NCBI GenBank assembly: GCA_973895155.1
Contig: OZ316892.1
Location: 16,046,257 to 16,110,256, forward strand
Direction of reading: 5' to 3'
Source: Marsupella aquatica
Lineage: Eukaryota > Plantae > Marchantiophyta
Length of the DNA: 64,000 bases
Below are positions 12,701 to 26,212 of the stretch, piece by piece. The notes beneath the pieces are model-generated. The model worked only from the letters and a program-made list of their open reading frames with translations. It made no database searches and was not told the DNA's origin. Each line of letters begins with the position of its first letter. The stretch's first letter is position 1. The position numbers and the translations under genes are program-made.

Positions 12701-15464
12701 AACTGAAGCTACGTAGCAATCCTCAGCAGTGTGTGACAGAAGCACTCCACTCCAGCTCCACTCCGCTCGAGCTCCACTCCAGCTGCTCTCCGCTCGTAGC
12801 TCCTCGGCCAGACCGGCGGCCAGAGCAGCTCCCAAATTGCAGCTCCTGCCCGCCCACAGCTCCTCCCAGTCCTAGAGCTCGTCGTCCACTGCAGCTCACC
12901 TCTCCACTCCGCAAGCCGGTCGCCCTCTCAGCTTGAATGCTCTAGAGCTTTGAAGGTAAACCTTCAAGCTCCAAGCGCAAAACTCCCCTACGCGAAGGAA
13001 CTGCCCCGATCGCGAAGCACACTCCCCACTTTGTGAGACCACGCACAATGTGACGACCTTCAGGCACGACGAATGTCCCCGTAATGGACAAGTGAGTTTT
13101 TCTGAAACAAAACCCTCCGAGTTCCCACGCACATTGAACTGAACTTTGCACTTTGCTGGCGTGTTTAAACCCTAAACAAAACCCGCGCACCCTAAACTCG
13201 TGTCCAAAGGCACACTCACGCACAAAGCATACCTTAACACTTAGTGACACTTAGTGAACTAAACCCAATGAGCCTCGACCACTTTGCGTTGACATGAGCC
13301 GTTGATACACATGTTAGTACCCTAAAGCAAATTGGACACGACACTTTGTGAGCAAAGATTAAATGAACGCAACTGTAACCTCTTAGAACGCAACTGTAAA
13401 TTAACCCTTACACATGCCACTTAGGGAGGGTGGACAAAGAATGGGGGCCAGACACTACTTTAGCCCTGAATTGAAAATGATATCACCCCAATATTCTTGT
13501 CAAAGTTGCCCATGAACTCTAAGGAATCCATTGAGCAGCATAAGACTTACTATTATAGAGGCAAGTACTCCCATGCACGTTTAATTAGGCTAGCTAGGAT
13601 AACTAGCTACAATGCTCTTGACATGAAGACATTTAACTAGTTTTGCAACCCTAAACCCCCATTCCTTCTATGTGCACCTAGTGCTCCCGACTCCGCAAGT
13701 TGCAAGTCAAGGGTTGTAAATGGAACATTCCGTGATGTCTAGAGTGCATGTAATCCTTCTTGCACTCTATTTCAGAATGCCGTAATGGAGAGTAGCTTAT
13801 TCAACTTACATATGACTGCCCTACTAGTGTTACAATTGCTACTTTATCAGAAGTTGTAGGAATGACTTTCACAAATATCCCCCAAAAATCAGTTGATAAA
13901 ATGTAACAACAATGACTCCCCTAAACTTGGAGTCATGTATTTTTGAAAGTCTCCCTAAAGTCACAAAGCATAGGGTCTCAAAAGGGGACGTTTTCTTCTA
14001 GTGGCTCCACCTCAGTAGCACGTTGCTGATCGATGACAATCCCCGAGGGAGATGCTCTTCTGGCGAGCAAGCTCATCAACCCTTGACTCTATTTCTCTAT
14101 GGTCTCCAATGTCATCTTGAAATCTCTCCATTGGGGGTCCGGTATTCCGCCCCTCCAATTTGTTCATCTTAAGATGATCCCGTGTCCTTTGAGAATCCCA
14201 TCTCGAGAATCCGTCCCTCTCAACACCTGAAGGTTTAAGTCCATACCAACTTTGCGCATTACCTGTACCTTCAGTCGTGCCTTCTCTTTGCAAATGGGAA
14301 TGTCCAAAGTTGGATTTAGCTCTGACATCTTGACTTGGTGCACCATGCACTAAAGCAGCTCCCTAGCCAAGTGTATCAGCAACATGTCCCTACAAGCGCA
14401 AACCACCTCCGGGTCGATCACTGGAATAAGACCAGTGGTTTGCTCCACCCTCCGCATCCGTCCGTTCATTACCTGAATACGCATGCCCCGGGCCCATGCC
14501 ACGGCCCTCCATGCGGCCGGAGTTCCGATAGCGTGACATTCGTTTGCTCACCCTCCCAAGTTGAAGCCAAGCCTAGTAACCCAACCCAAAAGCAAGCAAA
14601 ATGGCTGTCTCGCTTGGCAGTCCCACAATTTTGCTTTACCCAAGACTTATTCAAGCGCATAAGAGATAAAAAAGGTGAGAGCTCACCCAATCCAGAGCAC
14701 TTCCAGGTTGATCGCTCCATGCACCCCAAATTCTCCTCCGTAAGAAGTTGTTTTCTCTCCTTCTAATCACCGCTTACACCACGGGCTATAATCAAGTTCT
14801 TCTCCTAATGCACTTTCTACTCCAGATTTAACTTCCTTATGAAAACCAAGAATCCCGTGCAAAGTTTACCAAGGAAACAAGGGTCGTTCTTCTTCCTCGT
14901 CCCTCTTTCCCTGCGTTCCCAACCCTAACATGTTCCAGGTTTTCTTCCTTCTCCGAGCCACACTGAATTTGCTTTCACTTCTTACCACAATAGTAACACT
15001 CCCTCAATGAGGAGTAATTATCTTAGCATCCTATAACCTTTAATCTATCCTACCTCCTCCCGCCCTCCAAATCCAAGTACAGCCAGCACACACTTTCAGC
15101 TCCGCCAATTCATTGTATCAGCTTAGCAGTCAAATTGTCACAAAACTTAATTCCTCCATATTTAACCTTCCATTGATAATCCAAACTAAGAGATTATCTT
15201 AACCAGATTGATTTCCTCTATCTTTTGAGCGTTCTCTTTTGTACGAGCACACACCAAGACCAATGGCAAAACCATCGGTTACCGCCTTGCTGAAAATTGA
15301 TTTCACTTCATCCCACACACATTCCTTGGATGAACATGGGGGTCCACGGAGTAATTGAAGCTACAAAAAAACATTAAAGGTGACTAAGTTCAAAATGACA
15401 TTCAAAGATAGGAAGCCTACTTTGGATATTCATATATGTTGTGATGCTCTATGAAAACTAGGGA

Positions 15465-16075
15465 TACTAGGCTCATTGGAAAGCACATTTAAAGGTGCCC
15501 CCCTTATGATACCAGGATTGGCAATTGTCACCCAATGGAGGGATCAAAGATCACCGAGTGCAAAAAACCCTATAAGCAACTAACTTTGCAAGTTTTATTT
15601 GCATTGTTGCATGCAAGGGAAAATTGGTGATGTTGGACTCAATGAAAAGCACATCTCATGGCACTTCCAATGCTACCAAAATAGACAATTGTATTTCAGT
15701 AGTAAAGGAGAAGTCAAAAGTCAAACGTCATAAATTACAAAAAGTCTACAAACATTCAACAAAAGGCAACTGAGTTTGATGCTCAACAGAAATTGGCAAT
15801 GTTGAGCTTGTTGGGAAGCACATCTCAAGGCGCTTCAAATAGTACCAGGATTGACAATTATCCAACCTTAATCAGGGAGAGGTCAAAGGTTGATCCTGCT
15901 GATGGTAGAAAATAACATTCAAAAGAAGGTATCCAGGGAAAGCAATGGTTGATCCAAATTGTGGAAAATCTACAAGTTTTCAAGAAAAGACAAATGATTG
16001 TGTGTGCAATGATGCTCAACAAAATTTGAAGATCTTGGGCTCATTGGAAAGCACATCGCAAGACTCTTCTAATGG
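15465..16075. repeat. Diverged tandem repeat (about 165-230 bp spacing), probably a transposon remnant
   Basis: A motif like ggctcattggaaagcacat...accaggattg(g/a)caatt recurs at about 15470, 15635, 15805 and 16038. Confidence 0.6.
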
Positions 16076-16813
16076 GAGTGTTCATAAAATGAGAGATAAC
16101 GGGTATGATAGCCACGACAGAAAACAGAAAACAGAAAACCTGTTACCAGGGGTTTATTTTCTGTTAACAGGGAAATTGTACCTGTTACCAATAAGCTTGT
16201 CCCTGTTACCAGTTTTGCCTGAACCATAACGTGCATATCCACCACTCTAAGGTGCATATCCACCACTCTAATGGCATAATTTTTCGGGGGGCAATAAAGT
16301 TTAAAACAAACAATTATTTTGTGCCATCCGATGGATGAAGTGTACTATCAATCCTCCATTGACACAACAATTTATTGTAGAAGATAAAAAACATGGTATT
16401 AGGAGTGTGCCTAAAGAAACATTCATGCAAATCAATCTATTTTCATCGGCAAATAGTGACCCTTAGAGTGGGACCCACCATAGCACATGTCAATCGTGGA
16501 GTCCAAATGAACCCAATCTAAAGGAGTTGATTAAATGGACCTTGTAACGTCACAAACAAATGACAAATCACATCCTCGAGGCTTTGAAGACAGTAGACAA
16601 TTTAATCAACTTACACATTTTAAATAAAACAAGAGGTCATTCTTCCACAATGCACGTACATAATGAAGCAATGAATATCCGGTTTCCTAGAACCAGCGCC
16701 TGGCGCTAACCAACAAAGTCTCAATAAAACAACTAAAATATCTGTTGGAAAAAGACAAAATAGGGAATAACCGTTATATTGAACGACGACCTATTGGGCA
16801 GTTTCGATCTCTC

Positions 16814-19800
16814 TCATAAGCCATTCAAGTTCTGCCTCTCCAGCACAAGCCTGACTTCGCCTAAAGTCAAAATAGATTGGCTGCAAAGAGTCGACTCCTC
16901 AATCTCAAGTTTGAAAACATTTATGTACACCCAGTATAGATGTTTGCAAGGCATGTACGACTTGCCACGCGAATGTCGGAGGAAGAAGTCTTCACAAGAG
17001 CAAGCGGGGAAGATACAGATTTGGACGAAGTATGTGCTTGGTGATCGATGGTTCTCATGGGTTCGAATTCGAAATTGCTTTCCAAAAGCATTTCCGGTCT
17101 GAACATTCCATTCCCCATCCAAACTCATCACTTCTTGTCGTGCAGACTCCATTCGCTTCGTGTGACCCACAGTGAGATTAGACTGAGGCCTTGAGTTCCT
17201 CCCATTTCGACTACCAAGTCGGAGATTCGGCTCCAAAAACCTTATTGTTTCTGGGAACATGTTAACATTTATCCTGAGGTCAAAAGCAGATGGCGCAGAT
17301 TGACTCAATCCTGTTGTTCACGCTAATACAAGTCCTTGCTCTTCCAGGAATGTAATTTCAGAAGGAGACAGGCTTGTACCCTTCAGAACAGGCAAAATGT
17401 CAGGAAAAGGAGGAAGCTTCTGAACACCACGACGCGGATGACTCTTGTAACACGCTTGGTTCGGGAAAAACCAAATCATTTCGGAGATGGGTTCGCCCCT
17501 GAAGAGACGATGGCCCTTCATGACAATTCTGACAACACCTTCAGACGAATGGAAGCCAACCTTCTTGATACGATTTCGACACTCATCGCGATCCAAACTC
17601 CCATTCAGTGTACCATTGCATTGCGGACCTGCTCCATACTTCGATGTCCGTCGCAACTGCCACTGCCCCGGAGGGACATCCTTCTCTAGCACAATCGTGC
17701 GTGGAAGTTGATTCTGAAGTGTTGCTGGGGCACTGAGCGGAGGTTTTGAGGATCTTGTTGTTCGGGTTGTTTGAGGAGTATAGTCCAGTGAATCAGTATC
17801 ACTCTCTGATGTGACCATACCTGAGAGATTCACCACCTTTGTGACAGGATGATCAGAACTTGAGGGAATAGAAGAAAAGTCAATTCTGTTCAGGTTCTTC
17901 CTTTTCAAACCACGAGTATTTGGTGTGGTTATTAGAACGGTGTCATGCCGATGGGAATCTTGTGGAGAGACAGTCCCAGTTGCATGTCCCTTCCTCTTCA
18001 TTGACTTTGTCATTATATCTCCATTCAGGGGAGTACTTCTTTCCAAATCGAATTCTGCTGCGTTAGATAGAAGCATATTAGTCGCTTCTTCAAACAATCT
18101 TGGCAAACCTGCTTGATCGGCGGAACGGAACGCCAATTCCCATATAGTTGGCCCCTTCCCCCGGTTCAAGCCTTTACGGTATGCACTGTATCCGGCAACT
18201 TGAGACAGAGCACGGTTTTGGTCAACTTCGCAAGCTTCATAAAGACCGACCTTTTTCTTTGTAGCCGAGGCTTTCATGGACGCATGCCTTGATTTTGACC
18301 CTGTACAGTTGGGGATCAAGGCACCTTCCTCAGCGCTTTTGCTCTGCCATACGAAAATGTCAACCATAAGTAGTATTATATTACCAGCGCCCGGCACTGG
18401 CAACATAAATATGTAGAACAGGCCTGAAATACAATTTCAATGTTTAATACTGAATTCTAACTACATATTGGCTTCAATTTCTTGTACTACTTGTTTTGAC
18501 GTGTATGGAGAAAATAACCAGCGCCTGGCGCTAATATGAAGTTGATGAACATTACAGTCTAGATAGATGGATGCCTTACCACTCGAATAAAATTGCCCCA
18601 TTGGCGCCAGCGAACAACCCACCAAGATATCCAGCTTTGCAGCATCTTCAGCTTTCCGGGGACACAGTTTCCTGATTGCCACCACACAACAATCTCTCGG
18701 GACACCCGGTATGCTGCCACAAATGATGGAGCATTTCTCAATTTCTCCCAAAGTCTCCGATGCTCCGATTGACATTCTTCCAGTACTCCTTCCTTGGAAT
18801 GACGATGAAAAGATTGATAAAAGTGAAATGCATCAGAGCGCTCCCTCTCCGGGTCCGGGTGTCCACCAAAAAAAACATTTCGCACTGCATTCCATCCAGC
18901 TTGTGCATTGTTGGCCATAAATCCTTGGATGACAACCTCCTGAAGTTCATTTTCTTTGCAAACCTCAATCATCACTCTCCATGCCTTTTCGAAGGACTCA
19001 GTGTCTTCACCTTTCAACTCGCATGTGAAAATTGTACACAGTGCACGGAAATTGTGGTTGTAGACGTGTGCGCTGAAAGTAAACCAATCCGTGGTGACAC
19101 GCTGCATCACATCAAAACTTACCCAGGCTTCTTCGAGTCTTCCACCCGGTTGCATCTGCCTCAAAAGATCCACACCGGAACCGTGACCTTTCACGGTCAT
19201 TTTAAAGATGTGAGGCCTATCGTTCTGACATCCCTGACCTGGAAGCAAATACCTCTGGAGAAACAACACATGAATCCTCCTCTGCATTTGCGAGAGAAAA
19301 TCTAATTCACCCCGACCTTTTTGGTCTATCCTAACGCTCCGACAAAGAGATGCAAACTTCTGCGGAGTGGAAAGGATCATCAGAGACTTCCATATTTCAG
19401 TTTCTTCGATATCGACCATGTCGTCAACATGTTCGCAGAGAGATTTCACTAAGGACCCTGTAGCAGAATTCAAGATCCCTGCCGGTTTTGACAGAGGATT
19501 GGCTTCATGTTTTTTTTTAATTAGATCCTCAGCTATCTTCTCCGCACTCCTACAGAAGGTTTTTCTACCTGGATGGTTGTGCTCACCTATATGAATTGCC
19601 AGGCGGGATATATGACTGCATGTTTCCGCATCAAGTAATACTTGGGGGTACATGTAAAACAAACGGGCAGGGCAGTACTTCACACAAAAAGGAATCTGTT
19701 CGCAGTAATGACAAACAACACCTCCCTCTTCGATGAAAGATCCCACAGCATACTGACCACTGAGCTTTGGAGTACCCTGCCATGCCTTAGCATTTGCCTT

Positions 19801-20501
19801 CTTCTTCCTTTGGAAATAGTCGCAGGACTTGTTCCTGCATTCAATGAATCCTGTACAAGTAACCTTCCCAAACTGCCAAAGGTTTTTAGGATGAACAGTT
19901 GCAGTTGTTGGAAATATGCGTGTCCAAATGTAACAATCTTTGGCACGATCCATGTCCCTAAGCCTAGAGCCTTTAGAGAGCATCTTATCAATGGGCGGCA
20001 ACTCAACACGACGTTACCATTGTACTTAGTTGGCAGACAGGACACTTGTTCATGCCTGAAATGACCCACTGATATGAACCGTGACAACTCACTATGACCA
20101 GTTGATTTGAGTAACGTATCCATCGCACTGCGCCGGTACACGACCTCCAACTGCTTAGAGCTTCCTGGAGTCTCAGCTTTCACGACAACAGGGAGTGGGC
20201 TTTTCTTCTTCGACGGTGGACTTAGAGTACGATCTCCATCCTCACTTGAAGAAATCTCAACCACATCACATGGAACCGGCGGGAAACTGGACAGTCCTGC
20301 ATGCTATCTTAAACAAACCGAGTACGAGATCCCTACGTAGAGATGCCAAAACCGTTCACCATCATCGACATTGAACGTTGCAGCATCCTCGATATCATCA
20401 ATGGATTCGAGCTCTCGAACAATGGCCTCAATGTCATTCATCTTCAAATCAAATCTCCCGCAGAGATACCTCTCCCGGACCTACTTGTACGTATCTTCCA
20501 T
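16814..20501 (-). pseudogene. MULE-type transposase with GCM-like DNA-binding domain, DDE core and SWIM finger; disrupted
   Basis: GCM-like CTGFIECRNKSC...CHYC...CPARLF...HIGEHNHP. DDE region SFDVMQRV, GFMANNAQ (D expected at the first N), DAFH, SKSRHASM (E expected at K). SWIM PACSCEDF...MPCKHLYWV. Intron about 18344-18579, frameshift near 20005, in-frame stop at 17318-17320 and further stops near the 5' end. Confidence 0.8.
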
Positions 20502-21526
20502 GGGGACGGGGATAGTCACAATATCTTCAGAACCGAATCGAGAAAGAACGATAGACCGAGACATGGTGAACAAAAACAAAAACCGAGGGCTATAGCGTTT
20601 GAAAGAAGAAAAGTTCATGGTATTGTTCAGCTTATATCTGTCGAACCTGGGAATTTGACGTTAACCGATCCGTTTGTATACGACATAAAACATTGACGAT
20701 GGAGGATCCGTTGGCACCATAAATGATTTTTGTCGTTTTTTCCTCGAGAAGTCCGGATGTCAGACACGAACATATTGCTAAAAAGATCACCAACCTTACT
20801 TAAACAGACCATAAGATATGACAAGGTATTGTCAAATTTTAGTAGCGCCTGGCGCTAACTAAAATACGCCACCAAAAATGTGTCTGAAATCTCGACATTC
20901 CAAACTAGCGCCCGACGCTAGTATAGAATAAATTCCCTTAAAATGAACATTATGACCACATACCAGGTGGTAATTGGGAATAAATGGTGCCTTCAAAGGA
21001 TGGTTTTGATTGATTATGGATGATAAATGAACATTTATACTAGCGCCGGGCGCTAGTATTACATTTGAGAAATATTTCTCCGTAAATGATGTACTGAAGG
21101 ATACTTTAATAAAATATGGGGGTGGAAAGGCCGAAATTTATGTCAGCTCCTTCAAAAAAGACCTCTAAATTTCTTCCAGTTTATACTAGCGCCGGGCGCT
21201 ATTATAAGCATACTCTAAATTGTTCACCTTGATGGTCATCATTAATGCTAGCGCCCGGCGCTAGTATTGATATGATGTTAGGAAATGTCTTTAACGGTAA
21301 CATTCAACGGTAACTTATGACTTCCGTGTGTGTTACGCATCTTCTACCGTTTGATTTTGGTAATTAAACCTTCCGTATACAGACGTTGGAAACCGCCAAA
21401 CATCAGAGCTAATGGCTTTCCTCTAGGTTATGTCATCCTCCCGCTAGAATATATTACACGTTCAGAGATGATTATAGTTCCATAATTTCATTGTACGATA
21501 GTTCGTACGCTTCTAGAAGGAAGACG

Positions 21527-24500
21527 ATGGAGGTATTCCCCTCTTCTTCTAGAGGGTATAGTGTGGTTCCTGACCAGGAGCGAGCTTATTCTGAATCTTC
21601 GCAGTCTTCGTTTACTGGTTCAGTCTATACACGTCATGTAACTCGTTCCTCAAAGTTGTTGCCGCTCACTTCTGTCAGCGGTGTTTTGGGTCCAAATCCT
21701 TTGCGAAGAAAGATGGACAACGTAGACATAATTGCGATCCAGGATGTTGCGGATTGCGCGCTTGCTGAGACTGATCTCATTTCGAAGCATGTCATGTCTT
21801 TTGGAAAGGATTCTCGTGGATTTGACAAGGAGCCGCCTCGAATCCCTCTGTGTCGATTGGTTCACATGGAGGTGGTTCGTACTCTGCAGAAAGACAGCTC
21901 TTCCATCGAGAAGCTGAAAGACTCTTTTCGTAGTATGGGTTACAACTCTTCGATAGGGATGCGTTTCTATGTGCAGCCAACGGATGAGAACGGAATTGTT
22001 CTGACCTGTACCCAGGACATTCGTGATTCATGGGATCCAATATGGCAATTGGAGAACAAGAAGTTTGAGGCTGAATGCGAGGCTGACCCGGATTTTCTCG
22101 TCTTGAAGGATAAGATGTTCTCTGTATTTGATGGAAATCACAGGCTGTACTCCTGGACGCTTGTAACAGAGGAGAACCCGGACAATCCAAAATATCATCC
22201 TCGTGTGCTCTGTACAATATTTAAAGGAGACAAGGGATCTCTCATTGAAATTGAGGCAGCTATGCACACCATGAATCAGTAAGTTCTCATGATTTCCAGT
22301 TCTTTCTTTAAATCTTGCGAGTGCTGTATTTACTAGCGCTCGGCGCTGCTTATACATGAATTGTTTTTCATGGACTCTTACTCTCAACGTTTGTTCGTGT
22401 AGGCTTGGCCAAGCAGTTGTAGAGCCTTCCTGGATCCTGGATGCAGACAGAATCAAACGAATTCTGGCGCATGACCTTGAGTATTACAGTAAACTGATTG
22501 ACCCGGGTAATTTCAAGAAGTTTGAAAGCATTCGGCTGAAAACTCGGAAGGGGTCATGGTATACGAAGAAGATGCCACAAGAAGCACTTGTTTACATTCT
22601 TTGTGAGAATAAGATAAAGTCGTACTCGCATCAATTCAAACTCGACATGGAGGCAGCGGAGGCTCAAGGGAGTCCATGGTCGGCGGACGAGATTTCAAAA
22701 CGGCATGCGGCCATGATGAAAGACGCAACCAAAGATTGGGCAGTGAAGTCTTCAAAAATTACGCCCTTATTAAGTCCTGAATTTGAAGATTTCCTCAGTA
22801 CATGTGCAGAAATGTATGCTGTCACAGAGAGAAACAAGAGAGAGAAGAAGCCTGACACCGTTGTATGTACGATGGACCGCGCACGATTGTTCACCGCTGT
22901 TTCTGCTCTAGACCCAAAGTTACGAAGCACTTTACTTGTGGCACATTGCAATCCTGAGCTGCGGAGACAGTTTTTTCACCCAGCAAGTGTTAACGATGAT
23001 CCAGTCAAACAGTGGTGCCACACTTGGATCACTTGGAATAGTGTGGAGGGAATTGCTGCTGGCATGTTACATTCATGTCTACGTGAAGTTGAGCAAACCA
23101 TGCCCGCGAATAGATTGGAAGAGTGGAATTGTAGTTCATTTGATGATCTAGTTTAGTTTGTTACAAATGAATTCAAGAGATTTGGTGATTCCGTGAAGAA
23201 TAAGTTCTTTCACACTATGTGGCCTTCAAAGTACCCTGACAAAGAAGATTACACCCAGAGAAACCAGAAGCGAGCGAAGAGGTTTGTGTATAGGTTCTAC
23301 ATGCACATGGAGGTAACCAAACCTGATTACTTCTGGGCATATCCTGCAGCTTTTATGAAGTGGATTTCAATAAGTGAAGATGATGCCTTGGCTGATTTGT
23401 ACTCTATGTACCCCACGGAGGGCATATTTCCTCCGAGACCAATGACAGAATGGGAGAGAACTCACTGCCCCTAGTATCTAGATACAGATAGATGGGATTC
23501 TCCTTTTGATCAAAGGGAAAAAGATGCCTTCCATAAGCTTTCAAAGTCTCAGATACCAGCAAAACTTGTGTCCGACATGAAGCAGGGTCTACTTGACGAT
23601 GTAGACAAGTCTGCCACAAACTTGCAAACTATCTGTGAAACAACTATTGTGCATGTGGACCGGAGTCGCAAACCTCGTGCGAAAGCCAAAGCGGAGCTAG
23701 CAGCACCGAGCGAGTCTACTAAATCTGGAAAGAAGAGTAAGTATTGCTATCCATGATTTTGCCAGCGCCATGCGCTGGCAAAAGAATTCCGTTGAGGGTA
23801 TTCTCTTTCTTGGTTATTAGGCTTCGGTTGCGACTTAAGTGAATTGCATTTGGTTAGCGCCAGGCGCTAGCTTCTTTCAATACTTTAAAAGTACTTATTC
23901 TAACTACGACCTGGTTATATTTTAGGAGGGAGGAAGTCTAATACGGTGGGAACGAGAGATACTAAAAAGGATGCTACACCTGAAGTTTCCGAGGCAAACA
24001 CGGGAGCTCGATCGGACCCCATTACTCCAGTCGACAAAGGGAAGGTTATAGTTCCTATCGACGCCACGAGTACCAGGAAGAAATGAAAGAGAGCTGTCGA
24101 AGGTGGACAATCTTTAAGGGAGAGTGTTATAGCTTCTGGTTTCCAACGTGAAGTTGGAAACTTCAAAACAACTGTGTCTCGCCATTGCATGGTTGAGACA
24201 AGCCTTTCTGAATTTTTTGACTCGACGTTCAACAAGGAGGAGAAGCCCGAGTGGGTTAGTGATGTGGAGAAATGGGGAAAAGACCTCGTTAAATTGGGAT
24301 TTAAAGAGAAGGGAGTTGTTCGGGGGGGAAAAGTAAGATCGTTTGGAGTGGATGCCGGCTTCATTTACCTACCGACCGGGTTCAAACCATCTATCATTGA
24401 TAAGAAGGTTCCTAAATGGAACATTCCAGATCACTCAATGGCGAGATCTTTTTTCAAATCCATGGATCCATTTTTATCAGATGATGGGTTCCTTGTAATT

Positions 24501-25202
24501 CTACACAATGGGGAGTACGATCCCATGTCGCAAGTCATTGCTGCCTGTCAGGAGTCAAGGAAATTTTAGTGTATATGCTCGCATAATGTTGTGATGTCTG
24601 ACCCGATGTATGCGGCAAAGACAGACCGAGAGATGTTTACCCTCAGGCTCGACATATTTGGCCGAATTAATGGGAAATGTAAAATTTCCAAAGACCCCAA
24701 ATTTCGGCCGCTGTCCATCAGTGAGGACCCTTCGGTTACCAATTTGATCGGACTCTCTTCGCTCAAATCAGATCCATTCCCGCAAATGGAGTTTGCTGGA
24801 AATGCTCGTCTGTCTGTGGGTTTTATGCAATCTGTTATAGAGCTTGTCACACGGCCTCGTGATATTTTTATGGATTGGACTGCTGGGGCTGGAGGCTCTT
24901 ACATTGCTGGCGACTTCTCTGGACGATTTGTACTCGGGATAGAACACCGGAAAGAATTTATTGAAACCGCTTCAAAGGTTTTCATGGATTTGTTGTCTCC
25001 CAAAGAGATTGCAGTGTTACCTCCACCTGTTCCTACTGCCGACAGAAAAAAGAGAGATAAGCTTCGGTCGGTTCTCAATTTTGATTCTGATGATGAATCG
25101 AGTGAAGGTGAAGAGGAACAAGGTACAAGAAACTTTGAGGAGGAAAAGGGAGAGCATCGTGCAGCTGCAGATGAAACCGATAGTGATGACTCTTCCGAGT
25201 AA
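21527..25202 (+). pseudogene. ParB/Srx-like domain fused to a beta-class (N4C/N6A) DNA methyltransferase-like domain; 3 exons, 4 in-frame stops
   Basis: Exons 21527-22278, 22403-23736 and 23926-25202 join in phase to 1121 codons. ParB-like VRTL...IEKLKDSF..MGY...VFDGNHRLYSW. MTase-like VDAGFIYLPTG (degenerate motif IV), FLSDDGFLVILH, and FMQSVIELVTRPRDIFMDWTAGAGGSYIAGDFSGRFVLGIEHRKEF (motifs X-I-II). Stops at 23154, 23472, 24084 and 24567; no frameshift. Confidence 0.72.
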
Positions 25203-25265
25203 TGTTCATAAACTCGTAAGCTTCTTTCTCCATTCCCGTCAATTCATAACATTTCTTTTGTTGTT

Positions 25266-25616
25266 TTGGGGAAAGGTGCCTTACAAAATGGACTTTGTTA
25301 TATCAAGTCAGAGTGGAATGCAAGGAGACGATTCAAACTGCGGAGGAAGATCGCAAGACACAACGTAGAAACACCGGAAAAACCGTTTGTTCTTCCCTCC
25401 TATGCAGAGAAAGCCGCAAGGAAAGCAGAAAGTGCAAGGACACTTTGCTGGGAAAACAAAGGTCTTCGGTTACGAAGGGGTGTTGACCGAAAGTTCATTA
25501 AACATCCTTATGTTGATGACTTCTCCCGCAGCCAGTACGTAGATGATGAGGTTGTGTCCACGGACAGATCCCAGAGTACAGATTCTGGTTCCGAGTCAGA
25601 ATCTTCGGAACCTTGA
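25266..25616 (+). CDS. Small basic/acidic ORF or exon of unknown function inside the MULE
   Basis: 116-aa ORF without an ATG start, Arg/Lys-rich core and Ser/Asp/Glu tail, flanked by palindromes. No recognisable domain. Confidence 0.3.
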   Translation: MGKGALQNGLCYIKSEWNARRRFKLRRKIARHNVETPEKPFVLPSYAEKAARKAESARTLCWENKGLRLRRGVDRKFIKHPYVDDFSRSQYVDDEVVSTDRSQSTDSGSESESSEP

Positions 25617-26212
25617 GAAGTAGTGGGTAGTTGAGGCTAAATCTTTTAGCAGCGCCCGGTGCTTGTAACAAGTGTATTATTTCCCTCTGCTGAGGGTCCT
25701 TTGAAATTGTTGATTTCTCTCTACTTGTTGATTACTTTTGACTTCTGTTCTTTACAAGCGCCTGGCGCTCGCCAAATGGAATCTCTAAATGGCCGTTTAG
25801 TCAGTCGTCGGATTGTGTTCTTTAGTCAGTCGTCGGAAAACCGTTGGGGACCATAGTTTAGGGACCGGGCGGAAGGGACGACTATAGTTTCCATTTAGGT
25901 TTGTTCGGGACGACGAGAGTTGGGGACGTCGATAGTTGAGGACGACGATAGTTTTGGGAAGACGATAGAACGGGACGTTAGAGCAGGGCGAGAGAACGGG
26001 TCGATACCGGTTACCAAGGCGAAGATAGTTTTGGGAGGCAATAGAACGGGACGATGATAGTTTGATGGTCGTTTCGGAATGGTAGTGTACGCGGACCTTT
26101 ATCTGGCGTCTTAGTCTTCGCGGACCTTTCTTTGACCTTTGTCGGCTATAGCACTCGCGGATGACGTTCTTACGGGAGGAGAGGTTACATATTAGATCGG
26201 GATCTTTGGAAC

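Larger units (their letters stand above)
1..14003 (-). mobile_element. Large CACTA/EnSpm DNA transposon with accessory genes; left end lies outside the window
   Basis: Reverse complement of 13981-14003 reads CACTAGAAGAAAACGTCCCCTTT, a typical CACTA TIR. A co-oriented Transposase_21-type gene is at 1803-5534. The expected 3-bp TSD would be GCT (14004-14006), which cannot be checked here. Confidence 0.8.

Noticed and set aside
13160-13660. AAACCCTAA as telomeric repeat
   Set aside because: Isolated single copies (telo-box-like), not an array.
14004-15360. Degraded retroelement gag/protease (ECYYCGKK on the minus strand) and an RPL18a-like DVRAKSNF peptide
   Set aside because: Too decayed to call; the peptide similarity is short and probably chance.
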